Assembly (NCBI RefSeq): GCF_018977255.1
Contig: NW_024704743.1
Location: 21,640,001-21,704,000 of the forward strand
Direction: 5' to 3'
Source: Callorhinchus milii
Taxonomy: Eukaryota
Length of the DNA: 64,000 nucleotides
The translations under genes were made by a program, and so were the position numbers. A model generated the notes under the pieces. It saw only the letters and a program-made list of their open reading frames with translations. It searched no databases and was not told the DNA's origin. This document shows, piece after piece, positions 26,171-39,269 of this stretch (its first letter is position 1; every line of letters begins with the position of its first letter).

Positions 26171-27832
26171 AGCCAGCAGTGTGTAGCACTTTGGAACGTC
26201 CTTCTGACGTGAAAGGTGAAATATAAATATAAATGGTATTGTATTCACAATATACGATTTTCACAGAACTATTCTTCCATCTCCGAGCAGCAAAGAAAGT
26301 GCACGCAGCATGTGTCTAAACTAACTGCTAGCTTCACAGTAGAAAATAACAGACTCATAAATAAACACTCCCCTAACAACTACAGTGCCTTTATTTAAGA
26401 TATTGAAACTAAGCAATTTATTAAATCTAGACTAAGTAATTAACCAATCTGTTGTTTGCGTGATATTCAGGCATTGGTCACTGGTGCAGAACTGCAGGAT
26501 ATGTTAAAATAAGAGAGTTTCTCCCTGTGTCCCGGCCAACAATCCCTGAAATAAAATTGGTCACGCACTTCTCTGGCTATTTGTGGGACCTTGCTGTGTG
26601 TAATTGCTGCATTTGGCTACAAATACACAGTCACTACACTTTACAACAAAATCCTGAGAAGTGCTTTGAGACATCTCGATAGCGTGATCAGGCGCTAAAA
26701 AGCTACATCAAATGCAAGAATAATTCTTAAATAATTTACACTGTTGTTGAAATACACTAAATTACAATCATCCTTGTATATTTGGAATTGGTAAAGAAAT
26801 TATACTTTATTCTCAAGGAGTCAGTATGGCTAAATTGTTACATCAGGTCAACAATGTAATCGAATATGCCGTTCTTTCTTCATTGCCATTTAGCCTGCGA
26901 TGGACATCTGAGTCTGTGCATCTGTACAATGCTATTGAAATAATGGTCCAAGTCAGAACAATGGCTCCACTTAGATGGGTGAACGGCCATAATAACTGTT
27001 AACGTAATTCAGGATCCTTTAATAGCAGTTCAAATGTTTCTCAAAATGTAATTGGCTGAACATACTCGCAGGTCATATAATTATATGAACGTGAATGTGA
27101 ATGGAGAATTAATTAATACATACGATACATTTTATTTTAAAGGATCAACGAGCATTTTTAACAACGCTTTGAAATGCATAAATATTGCACTTACAGCTAG
27201 ACTACAAACTAAATGACCTGTACTTACAGGTCATTTATTTGTTTTAATTCACTGTGGCATAATTTGAACTAAATTTCTGTTTTATATACCTAAATTAATT
27301 TGTTGCATTTATGTTCAGTTGGAATAAATTGAAATAATTCAATCTGATTAATAAAGCAATTTAAATTCTTCTTTGCCTGTTAGTTTTTAATCATTTTTAA
27401 AATATTCACAGCAGACTTGCCTGCTAGCTCATTTGGTAAAATACAACACAAGAATAACAACAACAAATTGCATTGATACAGCGCCTTTCATGTCAGGAGG
27501 GTGTCTCAAGACGCTGGACAGTTAGAGGTTTGCACCCAAGCCAGGGGTTGAAATGAAGACCGTGGTGGGCTTCAAAAGTGAGGATGAGGATAAAAACTGT
27601 ACAGTACAGTGTGCAATTGAGCTAGATGGATGAGGAAGAAAAGATGAGAGAAGATATTTCAGACCTTGTAAACCTTCCACAATTTGTAAAGCAATGTCCC
27701 CGAGACTTTCTGAAGTCTGGAGTGATTGAACTGTGCTTATAACTTAAAATAGAGGCGATTGTAGGCATGAGCTTAAGATCATTGGAACATGGGAAAACCG
27801 GAACAGGAAGAGATCATTCGGGCTATTGAGCC

Positions 27833-28810
27833 TGCGGATGACACCCAACTCTACTTCTCTGCCTACACCCTTGACTCCAGGACCACTGCTGTCCTGACAG
27901 AATGTTTGTCGAACATCAAGTCCTGGATGAGAGCTTCAGTTGAACATCAACAAGACCGAGGCTCTCCCGATTGGCTCCCGTCAGCGCCTCCTCACCTCAG
28001 GCGCTGACAGCATCATCATCCATGTTTGCACACTCCACCGTGCTAAGCCAGTCTGGAACCTTGGGGTCTTGTTTGACCCTCAATTATCCTTTCTACCCTG
28101 CAGATGCGCCATGACCCACTTTGCCTTCCCCCACCTCCGCAACATCGCACAGCTCCAGCACTGTCTTACACCGCAGGCGGCCGAAACCTTCACACACGCC
28201 TTCATTACGTCGAGGCTGGACTATGCAAACTCATTGCTTGTTGGTCTCCCCAACTCCTCCCTCCATAGGCTGCAGATCATCAAGGACTCTGCAACCCGCG
28301 CCCTCTCCCGCAGACTCCGTGACCCTATCACCCTCATCCTCGCCCGACTCCACTGAGGATCATCACACAGAGGATATAGCCCTTGATCCTGGTCCTCACC
28401 TTCAAAGCCCTCTATGGTTTTACTCCGCCCTACCTCTGCCACCTCCTAACACCCTACCATCCTGCTCGCTCCCTCCGCTCAGCAAGCTCCGGTCTGCTTC
28501 ACGTCCCCCGTCTTGCTCGCCCCACTATTGGAGTGTGGGCCTTCTGCCACTCTGCACCCACCCTCTGGAACTCCATCCTGCAGTTCCTCCACCTCACCCC
28601 CTCTCTTGCCACCTTCAAGACCCATCTCAAGACCCTCCTCTTCGTCTGAGCTTTTGATCTCCCTGCTTTCCCCCTGACCTCCGCCTGACCTCCACCCCGA
28701 CCCCGACCCCCAGCTCCGGTCCGAAACTCTGTCTGTCCAGCGCCTTGGGACGTCCTCCCGACCTGAAAGGTGCTATACAAATGTAATTTTGTTGTTGCTG
28801 TTGTTGTTCC
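27833..28810 (+). mobile_element. L2 LINE, 5'-truncated at the YADD motif
   Basis: ADDTQLYFS...NLGVLFDPQLSF...SRLDYAN...LWNS...FKTHLKT; intact 3' stem-loop and TTG tail. Confidence 0.93.
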
Positions 28811-30080
28811 AACAGTTTATTCGATCTTGGCTAATCTTGGTTGATTAATGGATCAGCCAACATCTAATAAACTGTTGGAACAGGTCCAATTCTTTACCAT
28901 TCACATTGACCTTTCACCATTCCCCTTTTAATACTCTACCTTTTCATTAGTCCCCTTAATAACTCTACAACCAAAATATCTGTCTTTCTTTTAAACATCT
29001 CTATTGAATCCGCGTTTTCGAATTTGTGGCTGAGCTATATTTCAAAGGTAGAGCAGAGAGGTTTATTGCTGTGCTTTACTTACTGTTAAAGTGCTTGAAT
29101 TTGAAATGATTGGCTAAAAATGGGAAAGTGTTTCATTTCCTACCCTAAAATCATTCACTCCGATGGATATAAAATTCATTAAAAATACACAAAAAAAGAT
29201 AGATTTGTAATTCATAGAATCATAGAAATGCATGACACAGTAGGGGGCTGTTCATCTTGTGTTTTTGTGTCCGTGTTTGCATCTATAAGAAGCCATCCAT
29301 TCGAATCTCAATTCCCTATTTTTTCCCATTACCCACTGATACTTTTTAACTAACATGAACTTGAAAATTGCCTCAATTGACTTTGCTCTAATAGCAAATC
29401 ATTCCCTGCCCCGATAATAACAATCCTTGCATTTGACATAGCGCCTTATCACATCATTGAGACATTTCAAAACACTTCACAGAATACACGGCAAAGTAAA
29501 TTGGTTGTACATTTTGTGGGCGAGATGTGGCAGCCAAATTTGGCTGGAGAAGAACTGCTCCTTTTACTCGCCCTTGCCAAAATCTCAACAATGTGGTAAA
29601 TCATATATTTGACACAGCTTTGCTACAGTTTAGGAAACATAATGTAAAACCTCAGTAAAACCTGAAATTATATTTTTAAAACCAAAAGAAACAAGACATT
29701 TCTTGGTCAGCAATGATCAGGGGAGTAAACCAATTGGTGATAATTGCTTCACCAAAGTGTATGTTCTGTCACAAGCCTGAGACTGTAAGGTAACATCTAA
29801 TGCAATCTGTATGAAATGGAAGCATTTTCATGATCAGATTGTCTTTTGTAAGGTCAAGCCCGCTGAGCCAAACTTCAAAATGAGTATTATAAAGGCTGTG
29901 CGCAGAGCTGCACATTATTGAACGGTTGACAGAACAGTACGCAGCTTGGCTTGCAGACTGCGTGAAAAATTCATTACCCTTGTGTTTTTAAACAAACTGT
30001 TTGTTTAGGTCAGAATCCAATGATGATTTGCACTCATCTGACCTGAATAAAACATTTCAGAGGGTAAGAGAATTCAATAT

Positions 30081-30520
30081 GTCAGCTTAGTTCAGCTAGC
30101 AGCACTCTTGCCACTGAGGCAGAAGGTTGTGAGTTCATCCTTATCCTGAGCTAGCTTATAGTCTAGGCTATATAGACTCTAATATAGTGCTGGGGTACTT
30201 CTGCATTGTCAGAGGTGCTGTCCTTCAGATGAAATGTTTAACCAGGTTCTCACCTCCTTGTTCAGCTGGGCTTTAACGATACCATGGCATCATTGAAATA
30301 AGAGAAGTTACCTTCTCCCAGTGTCCTGGCCAACAATCCCAAGCATTAAATTGGTCATTCTCTTTGTGGTTATTTGTGGGAAATGGATGTACGCAAATTG
30401 GCTGCCGAGTTTGCCTATAAAATACACAGTAACTGCACTACAGTAAACCTTTTGAAGTGCTGTGAGATATTCTCCTGATGTAAAAGGCACTATATCAAAT
30501 GCAAAGTTTATTATGATTAT
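30081..30520 (+). mobile_element. Older Deu-domain SINE, full length
   Basis: Colinear with 3389-3832. Confidence 0.82.
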
Positions 30521-32094
30521 AACGTGTGCTGGACCCTTGTACTGGAAGGAACCCTACCTCAGACACTTTGGCCACAATTACAATACCTCATTATTCACAA
30601 TTTGCTGTCAAATGTTTGTTCTTGTGTAAATGAAGCAAGCAAAAGACAATTTAACAAACAATGAACTACAGTAAAACCTTGGGTTACTGGACTCGAAGTG
30701 TCTGGAATTTGTACCTATCTGGACCAGACCCGAAATGGAAAAATTAAAATAAACATTTCTGGGAGCCCCATGTAGCCTCCTACCAACCCAACTCTCCTAG
30801 CCCATGGCTCCTGCCTCACCATGCTCGCTGGTCTTCAGTGGCCAGGGATAGCCACCTTGACTCAGTTTGAATCCCGCAAGCAGATGATAGCGAATAAGCT
30901 ATCTTCTGCTTGTGGGATTCAAACAATGACATGTCGGTACCAACATTTACCGGCATTTTTCGGCATTGAAAAAAGCCGGAGCTGAAAAATGCGGGTAAAT
31001 ACTGGCATGGTAATTACACTTAGCCAGAAATTCCCGATTCCCACCCCCACCCCACCATTAGTTTGGTTAATGAGGCCAGGAGAAAAATAAGCTTGATGCT
31101 GTGGTAGGCTGTTCGGAAGGATGAGATAAGTTGGGCTGAAAGGCGTTTTTCTCTTGTTATCTTGTAATACTTGATGGCCATCGATTTGAGCGAAGTAGAA
31201 CGTTTCAGCTGTTGTAAACCTTTAACTATTCTACTAAACTTTTGAAGTTTCAAATAAAAACTTTTTGAGCCTTGTTGAAAATTCTTCCGGAATTCTACTG
31301 CATCATTTCAGGAAAACTGAGGATACAGAAGTGCGAGAACTGTACAAACCTCAGGAATTGATAATAAGCATTTTATGGTGAACTCAAATGAGATCATCTC
31401 TTATCTATGTGAGTGAATCGGGGAATGTTTGCATGAAGATTAGTACAAGTAGATCGGGAGCAGCCAAATTTAGCATGAAATAGAATTCAGGATGTGTATA
31501 CCGTGATATTAATAATTTAGATAGCTTTTGAGTTATAAAAGATATACGGAACATCCAATTATCTGCACCTTCACTTTGCACAGAATATATCAGGATTAGT
31601 TTTTTTTAAAAATCAACAGTAATTTGGGGAATATTTCTTTCCATTAGCATGAAACAGTACCATTCTAATTGGCTTTTTAATTCCTTCTTGATACGAATTC
31701 TAACGAATCCTTCAAGTGCACTGTAAAATGTTAATGGAGCAGTTAGGATGAACACATATCAATTTGATAAATGTTAGTGCTGGAAAATGGAACGCATTCT
31801 CATTTCAGGCACTCACTCCATTTGTGAGTAAATGTACCAAGTTTAGCAGGTTTGCTCATTATAAGGTCTCACCATGAAGGGTAGCAAATTTACCAATGGA
31901 GAATAAGATGCACTGAGTGCCACTGATGATGCAGCAAGTTTACTGACAATACTGACAAGAAAAGAATAACAAAATCTACCTGTTTGACTGTGCCTTCCCC
32001 CTCTCTCATTCCTGTTTCCCCCTTTATTGTAAAGTATTCAAACACATTGTTCGATCTGAATGGCGCGATATATACATAAACATATATATAGGAG

Positions 32095-32368
32095 CTATAA
32101 GATAGTTATGAAATGAGCAAATGGGAAAGTTAGGAGGAATATTTTTATGAAGATTAGTTGGGATATGGAATGCCTTACTGAGAGCGGTAGCTGAGGCAGA
32201 ATCCATATTAGTTTTCAAAGGGGAACTAGATAAATACATAAAAAGGAATAAACTGAAGGGGTATGGGGAAAGGCAGATAAAAAGGACTGAAAGGATTATT
32301 CTTAAACGATCCAGCATAAACATTATGGGCCGAACGGCTTTCTTCTATTTCTATAGTTCTGTAAATAC
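32095..32368 (+). mobile_element. CR1-clade LINE 3' end
   Basis: ...tggaatgccttactgagagcggtagctgaggcagaatcc...ttcaaaggggaactagataaa (WNAL..AVAEA..FKGELDK), then atgggccgaacggc 3' UTR motif. Confidence 0.75.
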
Positions 32369-32379
32369 AAGTTGTTTCT

Positions 32380-32410
32380 ATGAATGAATGAATGAATGAA
32401 TGAATGAATG
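32380..32410. repeat. (TGAA)n microsatellite
   Basis: About 7.5 perfect units, 65 bp from exon 9. Confidence 0.9.
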
Positions 32411-32475
32411 CAATAATATCTAAACATTGTGCAGCTTAAGCATATTAATTTACAGATACGACAAGTCAGCAGTAC

Positions 32476-32581
32476 CTTTGGGATCAGAAGCAACCCCAGA
32501 GTCACAGTCACAGTCAAATGTGTGTGAGCAAAGAACAGCATGAGCATCCAATCACCGTGTAGACTTGACACCAGCATAAAC
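32476..32581 (-). CDS. GPR158: GPR158 coding exon (equivalent to exon 9), TM7
   Basis: ttgcag|GTTTATG...CCAAAG|gtactg; (R)FMLVSSLHGDWMLMLFFAHTHLTVTVTLGLLLIPK, ending in the class C xPK motif. Confidence 0.96.
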
Positions 32582-33354
32582 CTGCAAAGAGAAACCCAAT
32601 TTTACCATTAAAATTCCTTTGAAACGGAGCCTAACTTCATGTGATTTACTGTAATAAAATATTTTATGTGGATTAATTTATTATAGAAACTTAGTTTACA
32701 ATACATATTTAGCTACTGCACCGTTATACAACAGTTCCAACGTGAAAGGCACTATATAAATGTCAACTGCATTGTGTTGGAGGTGACATGATTCTCTCTC
32801 GATGTTCATTTAACAGCTTTTGAAATTGACTTTTATTTATTTTCTCTGATTTTCCACTTCGCCTTGCTTTCTTTCAATCCTTCCTGTGTTTCTATCTGCA
32901 TAGGTAAGTGGTCCAAGACACTATCCTGCATGAAGGGCGCTATATAAATTGCTGCTATATAAATTGCTGTTGTATTTGTTTTGCAAACCTGGTTTGTCCA
33001 TCCTGCAGTAAAAGCAAATATTACCACCAAAAAAACACTGAAATATTTTAGCATGCTGGACTTGGCTGTGATATCAAGCAATTATATTTTGGGGACATAT
33101 CTTAAAACACAATATAATTTATATTGTGCCTTTCATATCAGGGGGTCGTCTCAAAATTATTTACACAGCTGGCTGGTCACCAAGACTGGGGAGAGGGCTG
33201 AGAGCAAAAGGGGCCGGGGAGCAAAAAGCTATCATAAGCGCTATGCTTCTCTCTCATTTTGCATAGTGACCTGCTTAATGTGCACTGGTTCCAAACTCAT
33301 TAAAATACAAGTGGCTCTTTAATACTGCAGCAGTATTGACAGTGATAACACACA

Positions 33355-33670
33355 TACTCTCAACTTCATTGTGCCGAGACTCAAACCTCAACATTGAGAC
33401 ACCAATGCACGTCCACTCTAACCTCATTATTGCACACTATCTCTTTCATTAACATATAATGAACCTCATTATTATGCATTGACTTCCACCTCATGTTCAC
33501 TAACCCTAAAATCTCTGATAAACTCTTCCCTAACCTTAGAGTCACACAATTCTCTCTTTATTAATGTGTACAAGCCCTAGCCTCACTGATAATGCACCAT
33601 TCTCAACTGCATAAACTGCACTGACCCTACCCAACCCTGTTAATATATACTACTGCCAGCCTCATGAATA
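33355..33670. repeat. Degenerate minisatellite-like tract
   Basis: Recurring aacctcattatt(a)tgca(c) and ccctaacct/ccctagcctc units of roughly 25 bp. Confidence 0.45.
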
Positions 33671-36600
33671 TAAAATGTTATTTTAAGAACTACAAATTGA
33701 TAGGACCATAGACATTTACAGCCAGGAGGAAGGCCACATTCAGCCCATCATGTCTGTGCTGGCTCCTTTAAGAGCAATCAATTCAGTCCCATTTACCTGC
33801 CTTTTTCCCAATACCCTGCAAATTATTCCTTTTGATATATCTATCTAGTTTCTTCCCGAAAGCCCAGATGGATCTGGCATTAACAACAGGTTGCATTTAT
33901 ATGGTGTCCTTCATGTAGACTAACATCTTGCGTGCTTTAAGCCAAGCAGGGAGGAGGAGAGAGGGGGAAGGGGGAGATGACCATAGACACGGTCAAAAAG
34001 GGAAGTTTTGAAAATCACCATATCACCAGTTTATGCTTGTAAACAGCCAGTGCAATACGGACAGATAAGGGCCTTGCTGTTTGGCACTTGTGAGATCCCG
34101 TGAGTGTTATGCTTCTTTCCTGTTGTGTTCTTGATCAGCCTCAATCAGTCACAACCAAAGACAGCTTTTGGCATCAGTCCCATTGCTGCTCTGCTCCCAG
34201 GAGAATGACAGATGGTGCCATTGCAGTTGAATAAAGAGGATATGAAATGTAGCAAATTGCATTTTTTGGTATTCAGAAGCTAATGAGCAAAGGAATTTCG
34301 ATAAAACTGCAAGCACAGATTAAAAACTATCAATTGTAATAGCCCAAATGTGACTGCCTTGTGCTCTTTTAACTGCCATGTCTCTTACAGATATGCAGAA
34401 TGTGCAAGTACCAGAAAAACCTTTCCAGTATCATGACTTATTCAGATGTATAGATAAAAAATATTGTTAAACCATTTTTTTGTGGGCGTCTGATATGCAC
34501 TGGTTTCAATTGGGATTCCTTAATAAAGAACCTTAGTGGAAACTCTTTCTGGTAACTGGATACACTTCACACCGACCATAGGAACTCTGCTCTGTAAATC
34601 AATTGTGTTGAGTTGAGTTTCTTATGGTTCAGGGTGGGATACAATTCCAATTTTCTTGTTGAGTAAATCCATTTGAATTTGCTACATAATACGCCATTAT
34701 ATAACCAGGATAATTTGACCAACTGGATAATCCATGGGAACCACCGACAACTGATTCATAACAACAGAAACTCATGGGTCATATATGGACGTGAATTGTG
34801 GACTCTTGGAAAAAGATTGTAAAACTATCATAGCATAAAAATGTATTCTAAAGGGCTGTTTTACACCAGTTATAATAAAATATCATATTTTGCTCACAAA
34901 ATGTACAGTCAATTCACTTTACAGTGTATTCTGTGAAGCATTTCAAGACGTCTCGAAGACATGATAAGACGTTATAGCAAATGTAAGGATTAATATTATT
35001 ATAGTGTCTGATTTCTGGTTATAAGGGCAAAAACACAAGGTGTGATTCTCCAGTCACAGTTAAGTTAATGCGTGTGAGCCTTCTATTGTCTCTATGGAAG
35101 TGCACAGACCTTGGAGTTGCTATAAGTTTCATTGCCAAGGTCTTGCAGTTAATGGACCAGTGGAACATTCAATGTTCTCATTCTCTGGAAACTTACTGGC
35201 GAATGGATAATCAGCACTGGGTATTTAGTATTGCGATTGTAGTCAGTATTGCGATTGATCCTGTAATTCAGGGCAGAACTGCCTGAACTAATATAATCCA
35301 TCAGTGCTTGAGAATTTGAACAATGTTTTAGCAATGAATATATCACTTTAATTTTTGAACTGGGTTATGAATATACAATATTTAATGCTGTGAGTATATA
35401 ATTGGGAAGGAATCTAACTCACCTATGTGGAAAAGCTTTGCACTAACAGAAGATGGTTAAATTGGAAGTGACATCCCTCAACATTCAGTCCAAGCTAATT
35501 TATAAGATTTCCACCTCCTCTCAATTCCCCTCCTGCAGCTCGGGCTCCCAGTCAGCTGCGGAAAGCACTTTGACACCTCCTCCCAATGTGAACAGAGCTA
35601 TATAAATGTAAATTGTTGTTTTATAAATTGAAAATACACAGAAAGTATTGAATACATGGAATAGACTAACCAGGGAGGCAGGCAGACAAGGCAGATTGTG
35701 TCAGCAAATTCAAGAGGGAATTAGATCACTATTTGGTGAAAGGATTGATTGAAGGGATGAGAGTTAGAGAAATGTAGAAGTCTTTATTTCTTTATTATTG
35801 ATAACTATTTGACTTTAATAGACATAGAGACAGTAATGATTCTTTCCAATCACGATTATTCCTAAAATCCTAAATTGAAGCTTTTGCAGTAGTTACTGGG
35901 ATCAGGGATTCCTTCCACTTAACTCTGTAAGCCAAAGCCAAATGGGTAGGGTCGTCCTAGCTGGACAAGCAGCGAGAAGCTTGTCAGACAGTTCTCTGAA
36001 TGGCAAACTATGTGATTTTTAGTTGGATAACCTGCAGCAGTACCCAACACACACTCTGGGGTCCACAAGGCTTGGCTTGTGTCAAGCTGCGCTGAATAAT
36101 CTCTAGAATTAGTTAAGCAGGTTACATCCCTCTGGGCAGAGAGGGCACATTCCATTCCAGACACATGGAAATTTCCATGTGCAGGTAGCATACAAATGTG
36201 TTAATACTGAAATGTGTGTGAAACAGAATGAGCCTTCTTTCTTTATTTGAAAAAATAGCATTCTTAATAGATATTCAGGTAAATGTTTGGGAAGNTTTTT
36301 CTTGCTCATTCAATCAGTTAACTTAACTGGAATTGATCCAGAGATATTAAGTTCAATAACATTTTTCAATTCTGTACTTATTATTTACTGACTTTGATGT
36401 CTTTCAACTGGTTCAAATCAAATACTGCAACCAGATTTGATTTTCAGATTTAGTAAATAAATGACTGGTCTGAACTATTATTAATAATACGAAAATCTAT
36501 GAACAATGTGGTACGTATTTACTTGGCATCAATCCTTTGATGCTTATTCTTCTGTTGTCAAACAAATTATTTGAAAAGACTGAAAGCCTTTCCTTCAGTT

Positions 36601-36802
36601 TTGTACATATTCTTTCATGCTATACTCTGCTCTCTGGAGAATTATAAGGATCTTTCTGAAGTAGTGTTGACTTGAAAGAAATGTCACATTGCTAAAAGTT
36701 AAACTCGGATGATTCATCAACGCTCAATTATTCTGCAACCACTGTGACAAACTAGTGTCTTTGTTAGAATGGTGAATTGTCAATTATACAGCCAGCCCTG
36801 TT

Positions 36803-37211
36803 AATAATAATCCTCACATTTGATATTGCACATTTCATGTCAGGAGGACATCTCAAAACGTTTCACAGGATTTGCTGTAAAGTGTAGTGACTGTGTAATT
36901 TTGTAGGCAAAACGTAGCAATCATTTGCGCACACCAATGATCCATGAACGGCAATGAAATGAATCACCATTTTTAACTGGGAGATGGGATTCCAAGAGAA
37001 ACCCACTTCTCTTTTTGAATAGTGCCACAGAATCTTTAACGTTTACCTGAACAGGCAGACGGGATTTCGGTTTAACATCTCGTCCAACAACACAGTACAC
37101 TCCCAGCACTGTATTGGAGTGTTGGTCTAGAGTTCGTAGTCCCGATGTGGGGCTTGGACCAACAACCTTCTGACTTAGAGACAAGAGTGCTACAAAGTGA
37201 GCCAGGCCGAC
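36803..37211 (-). mobile_element. Older Deu-domain SINE
   Basis: Reverse complement colinear with 3389-3832. Confidence 0.8.
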
Positions 37212-37269
37212 ACCTAAGCAAAGCAGTGCACTGAATGTACAAACATACATGCTAAACCGCTGCCTTAAT

Positions 37270-37545
37270 CTCAAGAGATCACAAGAGAAGTTGGGATGAA
37301 GAAGGCCTTTTGGCCCATTTGACCTCATCCTTCCAGAATGTCTACCCTCGCTTCCTTCCAATACAATAACAAGCTGGTTCTTAAGTATTTTCAAGGTCCA
37401 AGCTTCAGCCACCCTTCTGGGCAACCAATTGTAGTCATTAATTACCATCCAGGTAAATAAACACTTCCTGGCATCTGTTCTCAAATTGGCTCGTTGCAAC
37501 GCTAGACCTGTGCCCTCCTGTTTTGCTGCCTTGTGCTGCCTTGGG
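37270..37545 (-). mobile_element. CR1-like 3' end (related copies at ~48800-49080 + and ~53140-53400 -)
   Basis: NLRTDARKCLFTWMVINDYNWLPRRVAEA..LKNQL resembles the CR1 ORF2 C-terminus. Confidence 0.7.
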
Positions 37546-38127
37546 GTATCTGAACATTTAATACTATCGAAAAGCTAGCAGCATTCTTAATAACATTACA
37601 ATCTTCAGGGTGGATTATTGGGGAAGTTTTCAAACTTGAAATTAAAATTTCGAACATGCCATAGATAGATATGTCACAAACATAACAGGTGATGAAAGGT
37701 TGAAGACTACTTTCCTGAGGCATTTCTGAATAGTATTCTGCTATTATATTTGCAATTACCTTGTAGAGGTGGTGCTGGTTCAACATAAAAATTGCAATGA
37801 ACTGGTGCAAGCTGTATATTATAATAGCCATATTTCTTTGGCAAATGTATTTATTTATAGACTACTGGTTCAAATTATATAGGCATGAGTACAATGTAAA
37901 TCCAAATTTCAGATTCAGAGGGGTCCAAAACACACAATGATGAATCCCTTCATAAGGGCACATCGAAAAGTTGAATCTTAATAACTAACGGAATGTGATT
38001 AACCCCAGAACATCCACAATACTCAGGCATACTGATTGCACAAGTAAGATCAGTGCTCGAAAATTATCCCCATGAAGACGGAATTCAAGATGGGTGGCTG
38101 AGGCCTTTCAGTTGGGCTTAATTTCTA

Positions 38128-38965
38128 ATGATAATCCTTGCATTTGATACTGAACCTTTCATATTGGGAGAACATCTCAATGTGCTTCACAGGATATGCT
38201 GTAAAATGTAGTGACTGTATATTTTGTAGTCAATTTTGCACACAGCAATGCCCCACAAACAGCCATGAAGTGGTAGGTGAGGAGTTGTTGGCAAGGACAT
38301 CAGGAGAAACTCCCTTCTCTATTTGAATTAGTGCCATCCACCTGAACAGCCAGATGGGACCTTGGCTTAATAGCTCATCCGAAGAATGGCACCTCCAACA
38401 ATACCGCACTGCCCCAGCACTATAATATAATAATCCTTGCATTTGATATAGTGCTTTTCACGTCTTCTAGACGTCTCAAGGCGCTTCACAGAATATACTG
38501 TGAAGTGAATTGACTGTATATTTGTGGGCGAAACACGGCAGCCAATTGCGCACAGTAGTGTCCCATAAACAATCATGGATTGAAAATGACCAATTTATTA
38601 TTGTTTTGTTTTTTGGAGGGATTATTATTAGGTGTGTGGAGTAAGGAAACTTGCCCAAAGTTTCGCCCTGCCTGGAATTGAACTCAGGTGTCTCGCTTGC
38701 AAGGCGAGTGCTCTAACCACTGAGCTACAGGACTCCACTATAATGGGAGTGTCAGCCTAGGCTATGAGCTCAAGCCCTGATGAGGTGGTGAATCCATAAC
38801 TTTAATAATAATAATAATCCTTGCATATGATATAGCACCTTATCACGTCTTCTAGATGTCACAAAGCGCTTCACAGAATATACTGTAAAGTGAATCGACT
38901 GTACATTTTGTGGGCGAAACCTTCTGAAATAGAGAGAAGAGTTTTGCCAACCAAGCCAAGCTGAC
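38128..38965 (-). mobile_element. Older Deu-domain SINE hosting two younger SINE insertions
   Basis: Host segments 38128-38426, 38739-38802 and 38921-38965 reassemble into one copy. Confidence 0.8.
38427..38738 (-). mobile_element. Young tRNA-Ala-headed SINE, short form, full length, nested in an older Deu-SINE
   Basis: Complete head and tail; flanked by the direct repeat cactataat. Confidence 0.92.
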
Positions 38966-39269
38966 CCCTAATCATAACAAACTAAATGATAAGCTTTAAA
39001 CTAAGTTTTGGATTTATCATAATTCCTTCCCTATATTAGCAATTTTGCAGTGTCAAGAAATGCCAAGTGAAGACCTCAGAGGTCTGATTTGCTACCTAGT
39101 TGTATCTTGTACCATTTTGTCTTTACAGATATCACTGAATCGATGAAAGCTCTTCAATTCAGACTTAATTTGGAAGCTGTGTTTCCGCAGCTGTAAAAAG
39201 AATCAGCTTCCAAATTAAGAATGAAGTTAACAACAGTGCAATCTTAAATGTCAGAACAAACAGGCTAAG

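Noticed and set aside
36921..37499. 192-aa minus-strand ORF
   Set aside because: Chance read-through from a CR1 3' remnant into a Deu-SINE.
38660..38738. tRNA-Ala genes at SINE heads
   Set aside because: Each is fused to a SINE body and tail, lacks an adjacent oligo-T terminator and has an incomplete acceptor stem.
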